This document shows, piece by piece, positions 15,782 to 21,942 of a DNA stretch of 35,575 nucleotides (positions within the stretch are counted from its first letter, which is position 1; every line of letters begins with the position of its first letter). The stretch comes from a virus. The notes below the pieces were generated by a model. It saw only the letters and a program-made list of their open reading frames with translations, was not told where the DNA came from and did not search any database. The position numbers and the translations under genes were made by a program. The stretch lies in the IMG/VR virus record IMGVR_UViG_3300045421_000110, positions 1 through 35,575 of that record. One strand, 5' to 3'.

Positions 15782-16044
15782 ACCGCATCTCCTTCGCTTA
15801 GGGTTTCTGCCATCCGTGTCGCGGCCTCGATGACCGCTGCCATGTGCTGCCGACCGTATCGACGGCGGCCGTACTTCTTTTTTGGAACCGGCAGGTCCGC
15901 GACCGCTCGCAGAACCTGCCACCGCGTGAACCGGACGCCGGCCCTCTGGCTGGCGTCGATGAGGTCTGAACACCGGTACCAGTCGCGCGGTGCCGACGTC
16001 TCGCCCCGCATCGTGGAGAAAGACGCGTGCCAAGGGCCGGTCAT
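15778..16044 (-). CDS. Hypothetical protein (88 aa)
   Basis: ATGA overlaps at both ends support translation. No motif recognised. Confidence 0.5.
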   Translation of the reverse strand: MTGPWHASFSTMRGETSAPRDWYRCSDLIDASQRAGVRFTRWQVLRAVADLPVPKKKYGRRRYGRQHMAAVIEAATRMAETLSEGDAV

Positions 16045-17021
16045 GTCGTGGCCTCCGTCTTCGGCTCGATCTCGTCATGTCGGGTGTCGACGAGATCCGT
16101 CAGCCGCGACCACTCGTCGTCAGATAGCCGGCCCTCGGACAGCAGCTCGTCCACGCGGCTGGTGATCTTGCCCAGCGTGCGGACGGTCTTCGCGCCGGCG
16201 ATGTGCCGCTCGATCTGGACGGACAGCGGAACCTCCGGGGCCGTGGAGGGCGGCCCCGGAGGCGAGCTAACGCTCGCCGGCGGCGGTAGCGAGTCACCGC
16301 CGGCCCGCTTGGCGAGAACGTGCCCGAACGAGTCGATGGAGAACGGCATCCGCTCGGGCAGGCCGTATCGATTCTTGGCGTCGTGCGACGGCGACCGCTC
16401 CGCCCAGAGCACCCGCTCTTTTCCGCCCTTCGCCTTCGCCTTTCCGTCGTTACCCTCGACGATGACCGTCTTCCAGTTCGCGAACAGAAGCAGGTCGGCC
16501 CACTCCTTCACTACCGCGGCCGACTGCTTCTCGAGCTTCAGCTCGAACCGGTCATAGCCGTCGAGCTGGTCCGGCGGGCTCACCCGCTGAACCTTGGCGT
16601 GGGCCACGAGCAGCACGTTCAGGCCGCGGGCAATCACCTGATCGCACAGGTCGAGCAGCTTGGCCACTTGCTCGCCCACCTGAACAAGGCCCTTGCCGAA
16701 GCCGAACTCCTCGATCGAAGACTTCTGGCCGCGGTCGCATACGAACTTCTTCGCCATGCGCTCTGCCCAGTCGATCGTGTCGATCACCAGCGTCCCCCAC
16801 TCGCCGGGGTCGCGGACGAGTTCGTGGATCTTCCCCTCCAGATCGAGCCACGACTCGATCTCGACGCGGGCGACGTCGAGCTGGTGAGTACCTTCCTCCG
16901 TGTCGAAGAACACCGGGTTGGGGAACGCAGCCGCCAGCGTCGTCTTGCCGATTCCCTCGACGCCGTAGACGACAGCACGCACCGGCGCCGCGATCTTTCC
17001 CTTCGTGACCTTGAGAGCCAT
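16041..17021 (-). CDS. AAA_24 / Sak4-like RecA-fold ATPase
   Basis: Walker A VVYGVEGIGKTT, then FFDTEEG, LVIDTID, and Walker B-like LLVAHA. GGGAGG RBS. Confidence 0.8.
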   Translation of the reverse strand: MALKVTKGKIAAPVRAVVYGVEGIGKTTLAAAFPNPVFFDTEEGTHQLDVARVEIESWLDLEGKIHELVRDPGEWGTLVIDTIDWAERMAKKFVCDRGQKSSIEEFGFGKGLVQVGEQVAKLLDLCDQVIARGLNVLLVAHAKVQRVSPPDQLDGYDRFELKLEKQSAAVVKEWADLLLFANWKTVIVEGNDGKAKAKGGKERVLWAERSPSHDAKNRYGLPERMPFSIDSFGHVLAKRAGGDSLPPPASVSSPPGPPSTAPEVPLSVQIERHIAGAKTVRTLGKITSRVDELLSEGRLSDDEWSRLTDLVDTRHDEIEPKTEATT

Positions 17022-17024
17022 TTG

Positions 17025-17249
17025 CTACCTCCCGGAAAACCACCCGCAATCCGGCTCCGCCGGATGCGGGGGCGTGTCGCTTCCATGCGGGCAGACATCC
17101 TGCCTGCATCCGTCGCCGCGGCCTCCAGTGCCGCGACGGCGCTCCATCGCACCGACAAGAGCGGAGCCGACCATCGCAAGGCCGGACACGCTCACGATCA
17201 GGCTGGCCGCTATACACACCATCGCGGCCGTGTTCTGTACATCAGTCAT
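17025..17249 (-). CDS. Small membrane protein candidate (74 aa)
   Basis: MTDVQNTAAMVCIAASLIVSVSGLAMVGSALVGA forms one transmembrane-type stretch. ATGA overlap with the upstream gene. The C-terminal half is G/R/P-rich, so the call is tentative. Confidence 0.4.
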   Translation of the reverse strand: MTDVQNTAAMVCIAASLIVSVSGLAMVGSALVGAMERRRGTGGRGDGCRQDVCPHGSDTPPHPAEPDCGWFSGR

Positions 17250-17467
17250 CGCAGCCACTCTCCGTCCTGGTCATTGAGGATTCCGCGGACGTCGTCGAGA
17301 CACGACGACGCGTGGAGAAACAGGGCCGGCGGGATGATCCGATCTGGCGATTCCACGAGCACCCGCTCGAGCGACTTGCACGCCCGCAGTAGCAGGGCGA
17401 CGTAACGCACCCGCTTCTGGCGGCGTCGGTCGTCGGCAGTGACAGGTCGGTATCCGGCACGTGGCAT
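17246..17467 (-). CDS. Hypothetical protein (73 aa)
   Basis: Coupled to both neighbours, with no motif. Confidence 0.4.
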   Translation of the reverse strand: MPRAGYRPVTADDRRRQKRVRYVALLLRACKSLERVLVESPDRIIPPALFLHASSCLDDVRGILNDQDGEWLR

Positions 17468-17471
17468 ATCC

Positions 17472-17753
17472 TCACAGCCGCGACACGGTCGCGTCGCTGC
17501 CTCCCTCGCGGAGTTCGATCACGTCGCGACGCACGCCGGGCTCGCCTTCGGGCTGCATCGCCACGCGCGCTGTCTCGCCGTCGAGAACCGCCGTCACCCG
17601 GCCTACCTTCCATGGCAGGCCGGTGGCGGGGCGGTACCGCAAGCGGTCTCCGACCGCATGCTCGACGGCCGGGCGGCCGTAAAGGTCACGCATGGCGGCG
17701 GCCGCTCCATCGGCCTCCGCGTCACCTGGCATCCGTCCTTGGGTGGCGTCCAT
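17472..17753 (-). CDS. Hypothetical protein (93 aa), first gene of the early operon
   Basis: The ATG is preceded by GGAG. It follows the AT-rich control region. Confidence 0.45.
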   Translation of the reverse strand: MDATQGRMPGDAEADGAAAAMRDLYGRPAVEHAVGDRLRYRPATGLPWKVGRVTAVLDGETARVAMQPEGEPGVRRDVIELREGGSDATVSRL

Positions 17754-17784
17754 GCCGTCCGTCTCCGTGAGTGAGTCCGTTCGT

Positions 17785-17862
17785 TCGTGACGCGTTCGTC
17801 ACGACGGGCGGCACTCTAAACAACTGACGTTCAAATGGTCAAGGGCCATTTGAATATTTTTT
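17785..17862. promoter_or_regulatory. Two perfect inverted repeats in an AT-rich gap (operator and/or terminator)
   Basis: TCGTGACG-CGTT-CGTCACGA at 17785-17804. TTCAAATGG-N7-CCATTTGAA at 17830-17854, followed by TATTTTTT on the + strand. A TTGACC hexamer on the - strand lies inside the second repeat. Confidence 0.5.
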
Positions 17863-17897
17863 CAAACGAGCAGAACTCCGCAGAAAACGCGGGAGAT

Positions 17898-18200
17898 TCA
17901 GCGTCCAGTAACTCGCGAGATCATGTCAGAGACCTCGCCCTTCGTGGCACCGAATGGGATCTCGATGCCGAGAGACTCGGCGTAGGCGATCTGCCGGACG
18001 GTAGGCGGATCACCACGCCACGCGTTCGGCCGCCTCGGCCACGAGAGCCACGCGCCGACGATGCACGTGACGCCGAACGCGGCCACCATCCAGCGTGACG
18101 ACTCGCGAACGGTGGCGGCGAGGATCAGCAGCACCAAGCCGAACAGGCCCATGAGTGCGCAGGCCACGACGCGAACGACGTAACGCAGCCAATCGTTCAC
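17898..18200 (-). CDS. Two-pass membrane protein with a soluble C-terminal tail
   Basis: Hydrophobic stretches VVRVVACALMGLFGLVLLILAA and WMVAAFGVTCIVGAWL, then PTVRQIAYAESLGIEIPFGATKGEVSDMI. GTG start with a GGGAG RBS. Confidence 0.6.
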   Translation of the reverse strand: MNDWLRYVVRVVACALMGLFGLVLLILAATVRESSRWMVAAFGVTCIVGAWLSWPRRPNAWRGDPPTVRQIAYAESLGIEIPFGATKGEVSDMISRVTGR

Positions 18201-18213
18201 GGTCGCACTCCCG

Positions 18214-18465
18214 TCAGGCCGCCGCCCCGGATCGTGGCCGGCCGCCCCTCTTCTTCCGCGTGGCGGCCTTCTGCTTCGCGAGACGTTTCACTTCGTCGAG
18301 CACAAAGTAGACCTTCCGCGGAGACTCGACGTAGGGCTTCAGCTCGCCAGCCTTGACGAGCATGGTGATGTTGGACCGGCCGCAGCCGTAGATCTTACAG
18401 GCCTCGGCGGTGCAGACGAGCTTCTGGCCGGTTGTCGGATGGATGACCACTTGCATAGAGCCCAA
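18214..18465 (-). CDS. Small HTH DNA-binding protein (excisionase/Cro-like)
   Basis: LVCTAEACKIYGCGRSNITMLVKAGELKP...YFVLDEVKRL plus a basic tail. The TTG start at 18465 has GGAGGGGG 7 nt upstream; ATG 18456 is an alternative. Confidence 0.6.
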   Translation of the reverse strand: MGSMQVVIHPTTGQKLVCTAEACKIYGCGRSNITMLVKAGELKPYVESPRKVYFVLDEVKRLAKQKAATRKKRGGRPRSGAAA

Positions 18466-18552
18466 AAATAGGCCCCCTCCGTCGCTCGTGCAAGGAACAT
18501 TTGCCCCCCCGCCCCCATGCGTCTATAGGGTGGATTGGTGGCGGAAGGCTGA

Positions 18553-18587
18553 GCCGGTGCGATCCCTTCTTGAGGATTCGCACCGGC
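18553..18587. other. Strong hairpin in the int upstream region
   Basis: GCCGGTGCGA (18553-18562) pairs perfectly with TCGCACCGGC (18578-18587). It extends with ATCC/GGAT and one bulge. A second hairpin CAAGGATG-CAT-CATCCTTG at 18698-18716 lies just before the int RBS. Confidence 0.5.
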
Positions 18588-18731
18588 CCAAGTGGCGGGG
18601 GCAGGAGTCAACCTGCCGCCGACGGCACGACCGCCACAGGCGGCACCGGCGGAGCGGCGCTGCCGGGGAAACCGGACGAACCGGAACCCCTCTCGAGCAA
18701 GGATGCATCATCCTTGGCGGAGGAGGTTCCC

Positions 18732-19607
18732 ATGTTGCTCGACGCGTTTTTGTCTGACGTCTACGTGCCCTTGAAACTCCGCGGCCGATCACCGGAGACG
18801 ACGCGTCTCCTGCGGCACGCGATCCGTTTCTTCTCGCGGTGGCTGGGCAGGCCGGCCGTGCTCGAGGACCTCGACGACCTCGTCGTCGCCCGGTACCTGT
18901 CTGCCAGGGCGGAGACGTTGAAGCCGAACTCCGTCGCCCGCGAGCGGTCTGCGCTCGTCGCGCTGTGGAACATGGCGCAGGCCCGCGGCCTCGTGCGGTG
19001 CCGGCCGTGTGTGGCCCCGGAACTGATCCCCGAGGCCATCCCGCGGGCGTTCACGGTCGACGAGCTGGCCCGACTGTGGGCGGCCTGCGGCGAGGCCCGC
19101 GGGTGGATCGGCCCGATCCCGGCCGGCGTATGGTGCCAGGCATTGTGCGGCACGCTCTTCTACACGGGCGAGCGGATCACGGCCCTCTTGTCGGTGCCGC
19201 CCGACGGCTGGCGGTCCCCGTGGCTGGCGGTGCCGGCGACTTCACGCAAGGGCAGCCGGCGGCCGATGGTGTACGAACTGCCGCCGCACGTGGCGGCACT
19301 CGTCGAAAAGGCCTCGCGTCACGAGGGGCCGGTCCTGCTCTGGTACCCGGCGACGGAGGCCGCGCTCCGCAAACGATGGCACGTGATCACCCGAGCGGCC
19401 GGGCTCGGCGACGGGCCGGACGTCCAGTTTCACGCCCTGCGCCGGTCGTTCGCGTCGCACCTGGACGCCGGTGGCGGCGACGCCCGGCGGTCCCTTGGAC
19501 ACTCGTCAGAGCGGGTGACGCGGCGGTACCTCGACCCACGGATCACCGGCGCCGGCCAGCCGGCAGATTGGACGCGGCTCCCGCGGATATGGCCCGAGGT
19601 CGGCTGA
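18732..19607 (+). CDS. int: Tyrosine recombinase / phage integrase
   Basis: Start at MLLDAFLSDVY (ATG 18732 after GGAGGAGG). C-terminal HALRRSFASHL...LGHSS..VT.RYL. The longer track ORF adds a G/P/R-rich extension. Confidence 0.9.
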   Translation: MLLDAFLSDVYVPLKLRGRSPETTRLLRHAIRFFSRWLGRPAVLEDLDDLVVARYLSARAETLKPNSVARERSALVALWNMAQARGLVRCRPCVAPELIPEAIPRAFTVDELARLWAACGEARGWIGPIPAGVWCQALCGTLFYTGERITALLSVPPDGWRSPWLAVPATSRKGSRRPMVYELPPHVAALVEKASRHEGPVLLWYPATEAALRKRWHVITRAAGLGDGPDVQFHALRRSFASHLDAGGGDARRSLGHSSERVTRRYLDPRITGAGQPADWTRLPRIWPEVG

Positions 19608-19608
19608 A

Positions 19609-19658
19609 CCCTTCGGGATTCCCGAAGGGCTCGAACTGGTAAAGAATCCTTACCAGTT
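19609..19658. terminator. Two tandem perfect hairpins between convergent genes (bidirectional terminator and/or attP-proximal structure)
   Basis: CCCTTCGGG-ATT-CCCGAAGGG (19609-19629) and AACTGGTAA-AGAATCC-TTACCAGTT (19634-19658), between the int stop (19607) and the stop of the convergent gene (19666). Confidence 0.55.
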
Positions 19659-19665
19659 GCCGCCG

Positions 19666-20142
19666 CTATTCACGCGCGGAGGGCTTTTCGACAACAGGGC
19701 CGGCCGGCTGCGGGTTGCCGACGGACACGACGGCCTCGCACTCCGCGAGACATGCGGCATACCCGGCCAGATCGACCGGCGTGTCGGCTGACCGGGCCGT
19801 CCCCTGGTGCCGGGCGAGCTTGTCGAGGATCATGATCTGCGCCCAGTCGGAGACGGTCAGTGGTGCCGCAAGTTTTGCGGCGAACACCGCGTTTATCGCC
19901 GCAACCGTGCGCGCGAAGTGTTCCCGCGGCGGCCCGTAGGTTCCGCGTCGCTGGCGGATCGTCTCGATGGCGGTCGTGAGCAGGGCCTCGGCCGGCGATG
20001 CGTGCATGTCCTCTCGCTCCTGGTGTGCGCGTATGAGTTGCATGGTAGCGGCCGCGAGAGATCCCGTCGTCCCCGTCCAGCAGTTTGCGCAGCCAACGCG
20101 GCGGGCGAGCTGCTCGGCCTTCGTCAGTTCTTCATGCGTCAT
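19666..20142 (-). CDS. Phage protein resembling the DUF6378 family
   Basis: Start at MTHEELTKAEQ (ATG 20142, ATGA overlap). RQRRGTYGPPREHF..TVAAINAVF...LTVSDWAQIMILDKLAR......D..VDLAGYAACLAE matches my recollection of that family. Confidence 0.45.
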   Translation of the reverse strand: MTHEELTKAEQLARRVGCANCWTGTTGSLAAATMQLIRAHQEREDMHASPAEALLTTAIETIRQRRGTYGPPREHFARTVAAINAVFAAKLAAPLTVSDWAQIMILDKLARHQGTARSADTPVDLAGYAACLAECEAVVSVGNPQPAGPVVEKPSARE

Positions 20143-20462
20143 TCGTCCTCCAGCATCGCGGCCAGTTCGTCCGGGAACTGCCGCAGGATAGCGATAGCCT
20201 CCTCCGCGAACTCCGTTACCTCGGTCTCGTCGAGACACCACCAGCGTGCATGGATCAGCTCGTGGAGCAACGTCTCCACGAACTCCAGGCCGACGGCCTG
20301 CCGGCTGATCCTGATCCGCGGGTGAGGATTCGTCGGCGGGTCGGCCTCTCCCCACACCTTCGCGATCGAAAGCGGCGCAGACGCCTCGAGACTGTAGCGG
20401 ACGCCGCCGATATTCAGGCGGCGCACGGCGGCACGTGGCTTGCGGCGGCGGGGGCGCTTCAC
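20139..20462 (-). CDS. Small HExxH zinc-metallopeptidase-like protein (ImmA/IrrE- or SprT-like)
   Basis: The GTG start overlaps the upstream TGA (GTGA). RIRISRQAVGLEFVETLLHELIHARWW carries the HExxH motif. Confidence 0.5.
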   Translation of the reverse strand: MKRPRRRKPRAAVRRLNIGGVRYSLEASAPLSIAKVWGEADPPTNPHPRIRISRQAVGLEFVETLLHELIHARWWCLDETEVTEFAEEAIAILRQFPDELAAMLEDE

Positions 20463-21496
20463 GACGACCTCACCTTCCCGTTCGTGATGCGGTAGTTCTG
20501 AACGTTGAACTGCCCATCGGCCGCGATCTCGACCGCCGCGAATCCGTGGTTCCACTTGTTCAGCCGCGCGTACTCGGGATGCAGCCCGCACAAGCACCCC
20601 GTTGACCAACAGAATACCTCACGCCCGAACATGTCCGGCTCACAGTGAGCGCTCGTGCGGTGGCCGTGGCCTTCGAGGACGGTATGGTTCAGCCGCAGAA
20701 AAGCCCCGCGGGCCTGATTCACCGGGGCCGTGAACCCGTTGCCCTTCTCGTGGCCGTGGAGCAGCGGCAGTTTGCCGGCCATGATCGGCCGCTTATCGTC
20801 CACGAACTCAATGCCGTGGTCGGGCATGTCGAGCCACTGGTCGAGGCCCATGCGTGGATCGTCCGAGATCTCCGGGGCGTGCTGCCACAGCCAGTGAGCC
20901 CACCGCTCCTCGTGGTTCCCGCTCTTGAAGACGATCGGGATGTCTTTGAACTGGCCGCGGACCCACGCGAGCAGCTCGCGGGAGGCCTCGACCTCGCCCC
21001 GGAAGTTCCTTAGTTTCGGGTTCTTCTGGTAGCGGCTGATCGCGTAGAAGTCGAGGGCGTCGCCGTTGAGGACGAGGGCGTCGATCCGGTCTCCGCGGAG
21101 GGCGTCGACTGCCGCCTGGAGGGCACGCTCGTCGTGGTAGGGGACGTGGATATCGGACAGCACGCCCACGGTCCCGACGACGTCGAGGACGGCCGGTTTC
21201 CAGTCGTCCACCTTCGAGGCCGGCATGGGCGGGCCGCGGTAGCCTGCGGGCCGTGGCGGGCGTGTGGCAACGGGGGCGACGACGTGCCGGCCGCCCCGCT
21301 GTCGTGAGCTCCGACCGAACTGGTTCAGAATCCGCATGCGTGCGGCATTGATCGAGATGGCGCCGCCGGACTCCTCGACGAGCCGCCGGGCCAGCGTCCG
21401 CGCGGGGGCGTCTGGGTGCAGCCTGCAGAGCCGCTCGGCCATGGCCGTGATCTCATCGCGTCCGTTCGTGCTTCGGCCGTCCTTGGCCTTTGCCAT
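20459..21496 (-). CDS. Calcineurin-like metallophosphoesterase with an N-terminal helical domain
   Basis: SDIHVPYHD, NGDALDF, SGNHE, LHGHE and EGHGHR in canonical order. ATG 21496 is 6 nt after GAGGTG. Confidence 0.8.
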   Translation of the reverse strand: MAKAKDGRSTNGRDEITAMAERLCRLHPDAPARTLARRLVEESGGAISINAARMRILNQFGRSSRQRGGRHVVAPVATRPPRPAGYRGPPMPASKVDDWKPAVLDVVGTVGVLSDIHVPYHDERALQAAVDALRGDRIDALVLNGDALDFYAISRYQKNPKLRNFRGEVEASRELLAWVRGQFKDIPIVFKSGNHEERWAHWLWQHAPEISDDPRMGLDQWLDMPDHGIEFVDDKRPIMAGKLPLLHGHEKGNGFTAPVNQARGAFLRLNHTVLEGHGHRTSAHCEPDMFGREVFCWSTGCLCGLHPEYARLNKWNHGFAAVEIAADGQFNVQNYRITNGKVRSS

Positions 21497-21511
21497 TCGC
21501 GTCACCTCGCT

Positions 21512-21628
21512 TCAAAGGGTTCCGAACCACGGCGACTTCGACACTTGAAACAGCAGGGCCAGCGACAACAGGACGGCGAGCAGAATCACGACGTAGATCA
21601 CCGTGTCCTCGAGGCCGCTGTCGTTCAC
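21512..21628 (-). CDS. Unlisted 38-aa hydrophobic ORF (single transmembrane segment)
   Basis: Hand translation gives (V)NDSGLEDTVIYVVILLAVLLSLALLFQVSKSPWFGTL. The GTG start overlaps the upstream TGA (GTGA). It is absent from the track because of its size. Confidence 0.35.
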   Translation of the reverse strand: MNDSGLEDTVIYVVILLAVLLSLALLFQVSKSPWFGTL

Positions 21629-21825
21629 TTCACGGCCTTTCGGATGCCGTCAACGATGGCCGCCAGCCGCTTGACCTCGGCGGCCAGAACCTTCTGCGAC
21701 TCCTCGGCCTTGCCGGCCGATCGTTTCCAGAACTCGGACACCAGATCGGACTCGCTCACCTGGAACTCAAGCTCGCGGATGCGAGCAGCAGCCCGGCGGT
21801 AGTCGGCGAACAGCCACGAAAGCAT
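21625..21825 (-). CDS. Hypothetical coiled-coil protein (66 aa)
   Basis: AAGGAG RBS, helical heptad-like sequence. Confidence 0.5.
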   Translation of the reverse strand: MLSWLFADYRRAAARIRELEFQVSESDLVSEFWKRSAGKAEESQKVLAAEVKRLAAIVDGIRKAVK

Positions 21826-21828
21826 AAC

Positions 21829-21930
21829 TCACTCCTTTGGGGTTCCGATCTCGAACAATCGGCCGGCAGCATACAACCACTCGCGCCTCTCGACAGCGTT
21901 TCGACGTTCCAGGGATCGCTGGCGTGCCAT
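21829..21930 (-). CDS. Unlisted 33-aa ORF
   Basis: Hand translation gives MARQRSLERRNAVERREWLYAAGRLFEIGTPKE. AGGAG lies 10 nt upstream. It fills the gap between the tail gene and the next ORF. Weak call. Confidence 0.25.
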   Translation of the reverse strand: MARQRSLERRNAVERREWLYAAGRLFEIGTPKE

Positions 21931-21942
21931 GAGCCCAGACTC

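Noticed and set aside
19609-19658. Possible tRNA fragment or tRNA gene near int; the - strand contains GTTCGAGCCC, reminiscent of a T-loop.
   Set aside because: The flanking bases do not form a T-stem or acceptor stem, and no cloverleaf can be drawn. The sequence is fully explained by two simple hairpins. No tRNA was recognised anywhere in the window, but this was an eye scan only.
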